Positions 27,210 to 39,460 of a stretch of 64,000 nucleotides of DNA are shown here, piece after piece. The DNA is from Octopus sinensis (taxonomy: Eukaryota): NCBI RefSeq assembly GCF_006345805.1, contig NC_043004.1, positions 33,852,001 to 33,916,000 of the forward strand. The letters run 5' to 3'. The notes under the pieces were generated by a model. It worked only from the letters and a program-made list of their open reading frames with translations, made no database searches and had not been told where the DNA came from. The stretch's first letter is position 1. Each line of letters starts with the position of its first letter. The position numbers and the translations under genes are program-made.

Positions 27210-27768
27210 GAGTGAGTGAACAGTGCATGCCATCAAAGTGACACTGGGATAAAATTTACGAAGCCCAGTATACCCATCATGACTACCCGTCTGATAAGGG
27301 TACACTAGGCACATGCATCACAATCATATGTGCGCGACATGGTGATCTCATATCAAGATAAACAGTACATGACCTTGCAGGTGGGGCCCAGTTAGTATTT
27401 TCTTCTGGCCGAGTAACCCATTCCATTCAAAAGGTCCCTGAATAAGGGTTGTTTAAGGATGTTGAACAAAATACCCATATTTCCAGAGGTGAATTATTCA
27501 AACCCCAAAGAATTCCTCTCAACATACAACTATGATGCTCCCCCACTACTTCTGCTTGTGATCAGAGATGCACATATCATCTGCCACTAAGGGACATGGT
27601 CAACTGGTTATGGTCAAACAACCGACAAGCAAATCTGTGGTGTTGAGCAGAATATTTGCTGTAGCCCATCTTTTATACCAAGACAAAACAATGTACATGA
27701 TAACATTTCCAATCAGTTAAGATCAGAAGCCATGAGAGCCACTGCCTGGTACTGCATCAGGGCATTTA
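27208..27768. mobile_element. About 560-bp non-coding element flanked by (TAA)n on both sides
   Basis: GC-richer block with sharp borders at (tat)n tracts; no ORF. Confidence 0.55.
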
Positions 27769-27944
27769 TTATTATTATTATTATTTTTCTTCCTTTTTTC
27801 TTCTTTCAAATTTGCTTCCATTTCTTGCCGAGTGTCTTCCCGACTCCTAGGGCAAAGAAACTCATAGTATACATTGGTAGGCCATTAAACTAAACTCACT
27901 AGTTCGTTCATTTTTTTTAAAGTCAGATTAAAATACATGGGTAG

Positions 27945-27949
27945 TAATA

Positions 27950-27984
<35 letters not shown>

Positions 27985-28009
27985 TATTATTATTATTATT
28001 ATTACTATA

Positions 28010-28040
<31 letters not shown>

Positions 28041-28071
28041 TATTATTATATATTATTATTATTATTATTAC

Positions 28072-28148
<77 letters not shown>

Positions 28149-28175
28149 GTATTAGTATCATCATCATCATCATCA
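27945..28175. repeat. (TAT)n then (CAT)n microsatellite
   Basis: Direct inspection. Confidence 0.95.
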
Positions 28176-28177
28176 TT

Positions 28178-28262
28178 AAGGTGGCGAACTGGCAGAATCA
28201 TTAGCATGCCCAAGCAAAATGCTTAGTGGCATTTTGTCTGCTGTTACGTTCTGTATTAGGCC
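28178..28262 (+). mobile_element. SINE family A 5' head fragment
   Basis: ggtggcgaactggcagaatcattagcatgcc...aaatgcttagtggcattttgtctgctgttacgttctg. Confidence 0.8.
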
Positions 28263-29694
28263 CAAATATTCTTCCTGTTTTATGTTCAAACTGGCCAGAT
28301 TCAGCCTCTCACACCTACCCTACAATGTAATTCTAAATATAAACAATCACACCATCAAAATCTCAAAGCTACAAGATAATGAATGATCAATTGAAAGCAA
28401 TGGTAAACCAATAAGTCTTAGATTTGACAGAATTATCTCAATGCTAAAGAGTTAAGGTTGCACCTTCATTATTAAGAGAAGACAGACAATAGAACAAAAT
28501 ATATATTAAACAAAGTTTGAACTGACATTTGAAACATCTTCAACTTGCTACAGCCGTATGTATTGCTTTGACCCATTTAATCCACTGTTTCACTTATATG
28601 TGACTAGACTACTTAAGTAGACCTGACAAAGGATAATTACTTTAGATGTTTTCCCCATCTCAGTCTTAAATCTTAAATGCTAATTACTTAGAGGAATGTA
28701 AAAGCATTGGTAAATTCCTCATCACATGTCACTATTATCATCATTAAAAATTTTCAACAAGTATACAAGCATCTTGAATTAGTTGACTTTAATCACCAAG
28801 TATACTCTGAGCATTTGTGTTTTAATTATTCTTCTTATTAAATTAGATAGAAATCACAGTGCAAGTGTTCTCGTCGTTTAATTTTCTGTGAATTGAGCTA
28901 ATATTATGTCTGATCTTACAAACTTTATTCTAGTTTCACAAACAACAATTCTATATTTCCAAAGTTCTTGCTATTTATGCCATTTAAGATGTAATGAAAA
29001 TATCTGACCTACACGCAAAATACAAATAATTATCATTTTTAACGCAGGCACAAGTACAGATGTGGAGGCAAAGTTGATCTTTGCTAAATTTGGAGTCCAA
29101 AAGTAATGCAGCTGAGTGTAAATATGGCAATGTAACATTTTGACTAATGCTCTAATAGCTATGTCAATCCCCTACCTTCTGTAGTAGTAGTAGTAGTAGT
29201 AGTAGCAGCAGTAGCAGTAGTGGTAGTTAGTAAAACATCTGATGCTGTTTTGCCCAGTGTGAAATGACAGCCCTGATACACATGCCTAAGTACACACATA
29301 TTACAAAGTTAATCCTTTCAAGATTAGAGGCCCACAAGGCTAATCCTTAATTCCACACTTTGTAGTATTCAGTTGATAAAACATCGATCTCCCATGAGAT
29401 AAGAAGTCTTTGCAGATGAATTTCCTTGGCACTTTGGTACATATTTTGAACAGCTCTGTCAATTGAAGCAAATCAAATAAAACATGCTGAAGAGAGATGC
29501 TGTCAAACGTGGCTAAAACATTTAACAAATAACTTTTCTGCTTCCTTACGTGCTTATCTGAATCGTACAATTTTGTAATTCATATTAGTAAATGAAATAT
29601 GTGCAATGGGGAACAAATAATACCAAAAAGATCTGTACAACTTCCTGTTTTAATAACCGCTTTCCACACACACACATGTATGTATTTATTTCTT

Positions 29695-30030
29695 TATTTT
29701 TTTATTGCCCATGGGGCTAAACATAGAGGGGACAAATAAGGACAGACAAATGGATGAAGTTGATTACATCGACCCCAGTTTGTAACTGGTACTTATTTAA
29801 TTGACCCCCAAAAAGATGAAAGGCAAAGTCAACCTCGGCAGAATTTGAACTCAGAATGTAACGGCAAACAAAATACCGATTTCTTTACTACCCACAAGGG
29901 GCTAAACACAGAGAGGACAAACAAGGACAGACAGACGGATTAAGTCGATTATATCGACCCCAGTGCGTAACTGGTACTTAATTTATCAACCCTGAAAGGA
30001 TGAAAGTCAAAATCGACTTTGGTGGAATTG
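29695..30030 (-). mobile_element. Two head-to-tail SINE family A copies
   Basis: gggctaaaca...atcgaccccagt...gaaa(g)gcaaa occurs twice, at about 29700-29880 and 29880-30030. Confidence 0.85.
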
Positions 30031-30489
30031 ACAGGCCTGGGAACGGGTGCGGGGGGTGTGCGTGCATCCCCTAAAATTTTTGCGGAGTTCAAAATCAAAA
30101 TTTGCACCCCTACTTACTTTTCTTGCGTTTAGAAAACAGTGAGTAAAAAGTGATCTGTAGAAAATACCTTGAATTAGGTTTCTTCTCAAAGAACAAACAA
30201 CAAATAAATAAAAAAAAGCATAACCTTATTTGTAAAAATTTTTGAGGTCTGGGTTTGTACCCTCAAAGCAAACTTCATTCCTGAGTAATTGTTAACATTT
30301 GAGCTTACAACAAAAAGTCAGAAAATATTCCACGAGGCAATTTTCCTAGGGCGATGACAATTCTGCCAGCTCACCATCTCCTTTTATCAATAGAAATATT
30401 GAAATATAATTAAGAAAGATGATTATTAGACTAAATGCCACACATTTAGATAGGTGCTAAGTAAATTCACTGTCCTCCATACATACACG

Positions 30490-31130
30490 CTTGTCCCTTC
30501 AGGTGTGGGTGCCACTTAAAAAGCACTTGTGCCAGAGTTGCATTAACATATCCGTATTGGTGGCACATAAAAATACCCAGCACCCTCTGTTAAGTGGTTG
30601 GCATTAGGAAGGGCATTCAGCCATACAGGGGCCTCTTTTGTTTTAAAAATGTGAGGGGACAAACTAGCATTTGTTGATTCTTAAAAGAGCTTATGGTGCC
30701 TTTCCCGGGCTCTATCACATAAGTAATATTTTACACTAATTAAATTTTATATATTCAAATGAAGTTCAGATATAAAGAAATAAGCTTAAAAAAGAAATTT
30801 TAAAATCAAATAAACAAAGGCTAAAACATAGACATGTGAATAAAAAAAATATAAGTAAATTTGTTGTCTTTTAAAACTTTCCAAATGTATTATAATTTGC
30901 ATCCTTGCTGTCAATAAATAATTTAGCAACTTTGACTGCCGTTTCTGAAAAAGTGTGAGGGGGGACTTGTCCCCTACTACACCCCTGAAACAAGGCCCTT
31001 GCAACCATAGACACCATGCTACAACAGACAGTTGGAGCCTGGACAGCTCCCTGCTAGTCAGCACCATGTCAAACTGTCCAACCCATGCCAGCATGGAAAA
31101 TGGACGTTAAACGATAACGATGATGATGTT
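30490..31130 (+). mobile_element. Repeat family D interrupted by a MITE
   Basis: gtggttggcattaggaagggcattcagccata [insert] gacaccatgc...ccaacccatgccagcatggaaaatggacgttaaacgat. Confidence 0.8.
30626..31001. mobile_element. hAT-type MITE with 8-bp TSD
   Basis: Termini caggggcctcttt and aaacaaggcccttg; flanks cagccata (30618-30625) and caaccata (31002-31009). Confidence 0.75.
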
Positions 31131-31244
31131 GATGCTAGTTGGTCCTGAAATTAACAATTCCTTTTAAACTGTGATGAATAAAGTAAGTGATAATACCAGT
31201 AATATATTGATGTTAAAACGTTAGTGGCAAAATCAGAAACTAAC

Positions 31245-31690
31245 AGATTGTGTGGTTAAGAAGTCCACTTCCTGACCATATGGTTTTGGGTTCAGTCCCA
31301 CCACATGGCATCTTGCCCAAGTGTCTTCCTGTTATAGTCCCAAGTCCATCAATGCATTGTGAGTGGATTTGGAAGACGGAAACTGAAAGAAGCCTATTGT
31401 ACTTGTATGTATTTATGAGTGCGTGTATGTGTGTATGTGTATGTGTATGCGTGTGCAATTGTGCCTCCCCCTCTTGACATCGTGTGGCAGTTGTAAACGA
31501 ATGTCATCATCGTACAAACCATGTTGTTCATTTCCAATCTTCTGTGAAAGCAAGTCTGGTGATGGGGAAATATCACCTTGCTTGGAAGCAAGCAAGGGTT
31601 AGTGACAGCAAGGGCGTCCAGCTGTAGAAAATTTACCCCAATGAATTCTCTCTCCCCCATGCAAGTGCAGTAAAGTGGATGTTAAAACTA
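31245..31690 (+). mobile_element. SINE family B head joined to a family D-like tail
   Basis: gtgtggttaagaagt...gggttcagtccc...cttgcccaagtgtcttc...gaaactgaaagaagcc, then (TG)n, then aagggcgtccagctgtagaaa. Confidence 0.7.
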
Positions 31691-33075
31691 TTATGGAGAT
31701 GATGATAATGGTGGTAATGATGATGTTGATGGCAATGATGATAATGATTGTAGAGGGTGATGGAATGAACTGGTACATTTCTTTGTCACATTCTAAAATA
31801 CACTCAACATGGCAGCCCCCCACCCCTGCCCTGTTTTCATCCTTCCCCACCAACCTTGTCTCTGCTGACATACTTTACCAGTTTTTGACAGATGTTGTAT
31901 TAAAAGTTATCACTCATACACCTTTATAAACGTTATCAGTCATCAGTGAATTCTTGTTCTCCAGTTCTCAGCCAAAATACCATACCATATTCTGTATCTC
32001 CTACAATAACATGGAACCAACATCGTTGATACATACACATTCCTCTCCGCACCACTATCTCAAACTTTAATCAATATATAATTGTGTTCTTATCTTATGA
32101 CATGACACATCTGATATAATAGATGCCTACCATTGCGTTTATGTCAGCCAGTTTGATTCTTGCTCACATCCAAGTGGAAAATGTTCACTGCCAACGAGCC
32201 AATTCATAGCTAGTCCTGACTAATCTTCCTCGAAAGCCTTTCTGCTTCACCAACGTTCTTCACAGTTCTTGCTTCACCTAAATAGAATGCCACGTAATTT
32301 ATCTCAGAATAATTCTATTAATTATCTTGAGGAAACTTTTAGTATATTCTTACAGCATTATTCTTGGAACTTTGCAGTAGCATCATTATCGTTATCAGTA
32401 AAATCATCAAAATCATCGTCATCATCGTCATCATCATCGTCATCGTAATCACCACCACCAACTCCACCATCATCCTCATCAACAGCATCACCACCACCAT
32501 CACCATCATTATTTTTATTATTAATATTATTACTTCTGTTCCGCAAAGAACTTTGGTGAAATGCCAGACTTGATAGTTTGCACCATATCAGCTATAGCGC
32601 CATCTTGCTCAGTTCTTGCGATGATCAAAGCATTTTCTTTGATCCTACCTCAGCAGAAGGAAAATAGAAATATAATGTGTATACTTATGTAATGCAACTT
32701 TAAAATGGATGAGTGGTTCAGGTATTTACACCTTTATCCTAAGGGTTATGAGTTCAAGAACTGGTCTAGTACATTTCCCTATGCTTCTCAGTTGCTTACT
32801 GAACTCTACATAAACTAATTCATCTGTCAAAGACACACACCAGAATTATCAGAGGAGATCTTTATATCAACGGTTATTCATGTCTGGGTCACTGGCCAAA
32901 TTAGGTTACAATAAAATCTGTAAAGGTCATCATTATTGTTGTTTTTAAATCTGCTTTACCTTGCTAGTATGGGTTGGACGAGACTTACTGAAGCAATATA
33001 TAATAGCTAGGTTGTTTTTATTTGGCTGATCTTCATACAATGAAACCACTGTGTTTTGGGAGATGCTGTTTAAGG

Positions 33076-33654
33076 CAGTGCTTCACAAACTATCTGATGT
33101 GGCATACTGGCAGTTTTTTTTTATTCCAATGTGCCCGGGATCGGTAATATTTCTTAGTAATATTAATTTATACTGAAAACAATATATGTAATAAATACAA
33201 TCTTTTCTACTCTAGGCACAAAGCCTGAAGTTTTCTTTTTTTTTTTTGGAGGGGGCAGCCAATTAGATCAACCCCAGTAAGCAACTGGTACTTAGTTTAT
33301 CGACCCCAAAAGGATGAAAGGCAAAGTTGACCTTGGTGGAATTTGAACTCAGAACATAAAGACAGGCAAAATACTGCTAAGCATTTCGCCCGGCGTGCTA
33401 ACGCTTCTGCCAGCTTGCCACCTTATATAATGAATATAGTAAAAGCTGACAATTTTTTTCATCTTATATTCATTTTGTAAACAAATAATACAATATTACA
33501 CAAGCATTTTATAAGCATTTTATAATGTTTCTTTCTTTTCTGGAAACTTGCCGCATACCAGCAGCTGATGGCTTGCGAACTGGTGCTGGTCCGTGGACCA
33601 GTGCTGGTTTGCAGACCGGTGCTGGTTCGTGGACCACCACTTTGAGTAACACTG
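33076..33654. mobile_element. hAT MITE with perfect 8-bp TSD GTTTAAGG
   Basis: Termini cagtgcttcacaaac and actttgagtaacactg; gtttaagg at 33068-33075 and 33655-33662. Confidence 0.88.
33205..33425 (-). mobile_element. SINE family A nested inside the hAT MITE
   Basis: aggcacaaagcctgaa...ttatcgaccccaaaaggatgaaaggcaaag...ttctgccagcttgccacc. Confidence 0.9.
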
Positions 33655-34849
33655 GTTTAAGGGACATCTAAACAGCTGTCACTGCTTTGAGCTCAAATTA
33701 TGTCAACACAAAGACACATTGAAACAAACACTCATACGCACATGCACTCACACACACACACACACATCCACATGCACATACACACACGCATGTATATACA
33801 CACTCATGTATACATGCACATACATAAATGGCTGAAATGGTGACTTTTATATGTTAAGAAAAAGGGGACAGTCAACATTTGAATAAAAAGTATCTATTTA
33901 GCTATTGTTATATTTTGAGATGGTCATTTTTTCAATTTTTTGCCAAATAAACTCACACACTTTATTCATTCTTCACTTCAAATTTATTACTGTTCTTAGG
34001 TTTTGTCCTTTGTCCGGACAACAAGAATGAAGAATAATAATAGATTTGAAGTGAAGAATGAATTTATAGTAGGTGCAACAATATCTTTTCAAACACACAA
34101 TTTCACATCAGGAATTTTGAAAAACAAATAAACATATTTATTTAGCCCTTTTATTTTTTTTAGGGATTCACCATGAATGATTTCTTATAAATAATTCTTA
34201 CCTTTTATGGATATGTGAATAAGGTGAAAAAATTCTGGAGTCGAATTTGGTCATTTGGGTTTGGGAAAGAGGGAGTTTGGGAAGGGGTTCTTTGAGACGT
34301 TCTTTGCCATTTTAAATCTATACTTGTTTGTATAAGTATGTATATATATATATTTGTGTTTGTGAATGTAGATGTGTGTAAATATGTGTAAGTAAGTATG
34401 TGTGTGTAAGTATGTGTTTTTAAGTATGAGTGTGTAAGTATATGCATGCTGTGAGTTTTTAAACAAAGAAAATGAAAGAAAGAATGAAGAGTTTCTGTAC
34501 AGTTTCCTTCTCATAGATTTTACTCACAAAACATTGGTTAACCTGAAGCTGTAATTGAAGGGACTTGTCCAAGGTACCACACAGTGGGACCGAACCTAGA
34601 AACCAGATACTTGAAAGGTGAACATTGCAACCACACTTCTATACGAAGACAAAATCTTTTATTTTTGAAGTATTTCATAAAATTTTATAATGCTTATAAA
34701 TGTGGTTGGTGCAATTGTTCACACATGGATCTCTATAGTCACAGCAGATGCTTCTCTTCTCACGAAACCAAAACAAGACTTTTCAGGCACCAATCCATGG
34801 CCATGAGAAACAAAAAGATGCCTCTGAACAAAGGAACGAATGAATGAAC

Positions 34850-35235
34850 AAATGAAGGAACGAATGAACGAATGAATGAATGAATGAACGAATGAATGAA
34901 CGAATGAACGAATGAATGAACAAATGAATGAACGAATGAATGAATGAATGAACGAATGAATGAACAAATGAATGAACGAATGAATGAATGAACGAATGAA
35001 CAAATGAATGAATGAATGAATGAATGAATGAATGAATGAATGAATAAATGAATGAATGAACGAATGAATGAACAAATGAATGAACGAACGAATGAACGAA
35101 CGAATGAACAAATGAATGAATGAATGAATGAATGAATGAACAAATGAATGAACGAACGAATGAACGAACGAATGAATGAACGAATGAATGAACGAATGAA
35201 TGAATGAACGAATGAATGAATGAATGAACGAACGA
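34850..35235. repeat. (GAAT/GAAC)n microsatellite
   Basis: Direct inspection. Confidence 0.95.
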
Positions 35236-36029
35236 ACAAACACATGTCATAACATTGTGTTTTGCTTCTACGAAAAATGATAGAACTTTATCCATTCTTT
35301 CCATAATATCACTACATATATATGGTGTGTGAGTGAACACTTTTGTTACCTAATTCCTGCTGAAATATGTTGCATTGTTTCAATGAATTTAGAAAATAAC
35401 GAAGAATTTAGTAAAATAACTTTGTCTTTATTAAGTTGCTGTTTGGAACATAAATTAACAGGAAATTTTGATGGACAGATTTTAACTAAGATCCGTTTGA
35501 AACAGGAAGTTTATATCATAGAACCAGGAGTGATTCTGACGTTTTCCTCATTTCTTCTGATTGTTGTAATGATTGCTTTGTTTTTAATAAACAGTTTTGC
35601 AGTTTCTGTTGAATCCTTACATTTCTTGAGAAACCAACTTTCTTGACATTTGAGACCTTGTTTTTCAGTTTTTAAAATATTAAGCAAAAAACAAATCATA
35701 ATTCTAGCTTGAACAACATTCGTTTAAAAAATGACAAACTTCACTGTTGAAGAAGTGGAATGAAAGAAGACGAAAGGAAAATGAAACATCGAAAGAGAAG
35801 TGATGAAATGCAGTTTATGTAGAAGTGAAATATAAAAGCAAACTTGACCCAAAACATAACTCTCTGGAAATGAAACAGTGTGCAAATCAAAGGAAAGCTG
35901 ATATATTCAAAGGGATATACGAAATTTGTAAAAAAAAAAAATGTATGAAAAAAGAAATTAGAAACCTAGGGAACAATTCCCTTAGGATTTGAAGTAATTT
36001 TTTCATCTGAATAAATCTAATACATATAT

Positions 36030-36490
36030 AACTGGCTCCCATACAGGTGGCACATAAAAAGCACCAGCTGAACATGGCTGATGCCAGTGCTCCCTTACCT
36101 GCTCCTGTGACGGTGGCATGTAAAAAGCACTATCCAAATGTGATCGATGCCAGGGCCACCTGACTGGCTCCTGTGTCAGTGACACATAAAAACCACCATC
36201 CAAAAGTGGCTGATGCCAGTGCTCCCTGAGTGGCCCTGTGCCAGTGGCATATAAAATGCACTATCCAAATGTGATTGATGCCAGGGCTGCGTGACTGGCT
36301 TCCATGTCGGTGGCACATAAAAAGCACCCTCTACACTCTTGGAATGGTTGGCATTAGAAAGGGTATCCAGCTGTAGAAATATTACCATATCACATTGGAG
36401 CCTGGTGCAGCCACTGGCTTTCCAGCCAGACCTCACTCAAATCGTCCAACCCATGCCAGCATGAAAATTGGATGTTAAACAATGATGATG
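36030..36490 (+). mobile_element. Repeat family D with five internal ~66-bp units
   Basis: The taaaaagcac motif recurs at about 36056, 36121, 36187, 36252 and 36318, then ggttggcattag...ccaacccatgccagcatg...(gat)n. Confidence 0.85.
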
Positions 36491-36569
36491 ATGGTGATGA
36501 TATATATATATATATATATATCACACTGATACATACACAGATATGTGCACACATTCATATACACAAATA

Positions 36570-36840
36570 TGATAGGCTTCTTTCAGTTTCTATCAACCTA
36601 ATCCTCTTACTAGGCTTTGGTCCCCTGAGGCTCTTTTACTCTTTTACTCTTACTTGTTTCAGTCATTTGACTGTGGCCATGCTGGAGCACCACCTTTAGT
36701 CAAGCAAATCGACCCCAGGACTTATTCTTTGTAAGCATAGTACTTATTCTATTGGTTTCTTTTACTGAACCACTAAGTTATGGGGATGTAAATACACCAC
36801 CATCGGTTGTCAGACGATGTTGGGGTGGGGGTGACAAACA
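36570..36840 (-). mobile_element. SINE family B fragments
   Basis: aggcttctttcagtttc..., then ctcttacttgtttcagtcatttgactgtggccatgctggagcacc. Confidence 0.8.
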
Positions 36841-36857
36841 CACAACAAATTGCCTCA

Positions 36858-36925
36858 CATCAATAATTATTTTTTAATACAAAACTTTACCCACAAAGTT
36901 TTGTATTAAAATATAATAATTGATG
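36858..36925. repeat. 31-bp-arm hairpin with 6-nt loop
   Basis: catcaataattattttttaatacaaaacttt-acccac-aaagttttgtattaaaatataataattgatg (2 mismatches). Confidence 0.85.
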
Positions 36926-37039
36926 TTAGTCAATTTGTTGTTGATCAAGAATTTCTCCATTTTCTGCTTAATTTATATATATATATATATTGCATATATA
37001 TAGTAAATGTGTGTACGTATGTATGTATATGTATATATA

Positions 37040-37230
37040 TTCACCATGATTGATCACTAGCCACTAAACTTTTTTTTTATTTTCCCTCTCTGTTTATTTC
37101 TGTGTTCCTTTCTGTTGAAGAGCGTAGGCTCAAAACATAAAAGACTTTCTCACTTCCCAAGCCTTAAACTAATAAATCTGTTTGTTGTTTACACACTTGT
37201 CTTTGTCTCTTGCTTTATTTTTTTTTGTAA
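37040..37230 (+). mobile_element. Penelope-like repeat fragment with hammerhead-like motif
   Basis: Homolog of 25735-25920; flanked by (TA)/(CA) tracts; Penelope assignment is inference. Confidence 0.55.
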
Positions 37231-39085
37231 ATTCCAACCATATGTATATATACATGTATACACACACACACACACACACACATATATGTATGTATGTATG
37301 TATGGGGGTTGGCTGTGGGGTTACTTCTTTTTACTAAAATGGCAATGATGAGTCATTTGCTATTTTCTTAGCTGGCTGACATCTTATAGCAACATCTATT
37401 CCGGTGTCTTTGATTTGGTTGATATATACAAGTGTGTATATACCATACGACCTGTGTTTAGAACTCAATATACATAAGCTTCAAAATAAAGCGTTTGTTG
37501 AGTACAGAGCATAATATATACTACATATGTATATGTGTGTGCATGTATGTATATCTATGTATGTATATACATATATAATGTGTGTGTATATGATTATATG
37601 ATTCTATGAGTATGAATGTGTGTTTGTGAGGTCCTGTATGACAGGTAGTCCCTTATCATTGCAGCTATATCTTGCATTGGTGGCAGGGACTGGTAGGTGG
37701 TAAAACAACAAAATTCAGTTGATTTGTAGTGGTTTCAGAAGATAATTGGATGTAAATGACATCTGTGAATGCCAAATATTTTACTGCTTCGTCTCATTTA
37801 GCTATAAATAATGCAACACTTACCCCAGCCATAGTGATGTTACTGGTTTTTTGTGTTTTTTTTAATGTTTATATTGAAAATGTTTTTGTTTTTGATTATG
37901 ATTTGCTTTTTATTTTTGGTTTGTCTTATGAAATATCTATTGGTTAGTCTGCTCCTACACTGGCCAGTCTTAGTGAGTTACTGTTCCTTCCCATCGTCGC
38001 CATCATCGTCCTCCTCCCCTTCATCATCATCATCATCATCATCATCATTGTCATCATTAGCAGTGGGTAGTGGTGGCGATAGCAGTGGTGACTGTGGTGT
38101 CAGTCTCACTATGATCATCATCATCATCATTACAATCATTAACAACCTTCTTCTACCTCCTCTCGTCCTCCTCATTATCATCATCATTATCATTAACAAT
38201 ATCAACATCATCACCAGTACAGCCACAACCATCACCACCACCACACCCCATTGCTGCCGCCACTGCCACCACCACCACTACCACCATCACCACCACCACC
38301 ACCACCCTCAACATTACCTTTGTATTTTCTCATCCAATTTTCCTAGCTTGATTGGAACTGTACCAGTCTGTAGCAGACCAGATTATCATCTTACTTGCTC
38401 CAGCCTTGATGATCTTATCTTTTTCCGCAAGCATTGTCTATCTTCAACTTAATTTATACTTCATGTCCTTCCTTTCTATAGATGATAGGCTATGATTTAA
38501 GGAATATTTAGCTGCTATTTTTCCCACATAATCTGACAATGTAGAAGTTTTCCTTGTTAGGTTGTGTCTTCATGTGAAGGCAATTTTTATACGAGTGAAA
38601 TGAAGTGAGGGAAATCTCATCAGAAATTGGTATTTCCAATTATGGAACATAAAGACATCCCCTACTATACTTCTACCTCCTACACCCACCCACCACCATT
38701 GTGTGCAGAGCGTTTATGTTTTCTGTCCAAAACGGTTTTGCAACCCAATATTTACACATTATTCTTTATGGTTTAATATACATCTATTTATACTTTGAGA
38801 ACCAATCCCAAAAGAGAATTATTGCACATTCTCTCCAAAGTTTATAAACTCTTATGATGTCAACACATACATATAAATCATCCTCATCGTCATCATTTCA
38901 CTTCCATCTTCCTTACTGGCATGGAAGATGGATAGTTTGACAGGAACTGGCAAGAGCACTTGGTGCCACTCATCTGTTTTGGCATGGTTTCTCCAGTTAG
39001 ATACCCTTCTTAATGCCAACCACTTTACAGAGTGAACTGCATACTTTTACCTGACACAAGCACCAAAGTGGTACTAATACCATGT

Positions 39086-39128
<43 letters not shown>

Positions 39129-39159
39129 TCTATCTATCCCTCTTTCTCTCTCTCTCTCT

Positions 39160-39192
<33 letters not shown>

Positions 39193-39249
39193 AACATATA
39201 CATATGTATGAATATGTATGTATATACGTTTATATATTTGTTTTGCAAG

Positions 39250-39460
39250 ATTTTTTATGTGAAGTCGTGTGTTGAAACAGATATTGTTGTATTTTGGAAT
39301 GGTCATTTTGCCAGTTTAGCCAATAAAAACACACAAACTATATATTTGGTGTTACTTTGCTTCAACGTTATTTATTTTTTACATTAATCTTAATCTTATT
39401 TCGGCCAGAGTTCTTTTGTCACACTCCTGTGACCACATCAGTGGTCCTTTGCTTTCTTCT
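39250..39460 (-). mobile_element. Penelope-like repeat fragment (putative) with hammerhead-like motif
   Basis: Hammerhead topology at 39403-39447; adjacent to a (TA)n block. Confidence 0.45.
39403..39447 (-). ncRNA. Type I hammerhead ribozyme-like motif
   Basis: GGACCA-CTGATGT-G-GTCAC-aggagt-GTGAC-AAAA-G-aa-CT-C-TGGCC. Confidence 0.5.

Noticed and set aside
30032-30283. MITE starting caggcctgggaacggg that interrupts SINE A
   Set aside because: A second TIR and TSD could not be identified with confidence
35329-35699. Opposite-strand ORFs and an apparent exon ending AG|gtaaca
   Set aside because: The left part resembles the piggyBac-like MITE end at 49898; there is an in-frame stop, and the implied intron of about 38 nt is too short
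36030-36330. CRISPR-like regular repeats
   Set aside because: Whole units are homologous with no unique spacers; the context is eukaryotic and there are no cas genes
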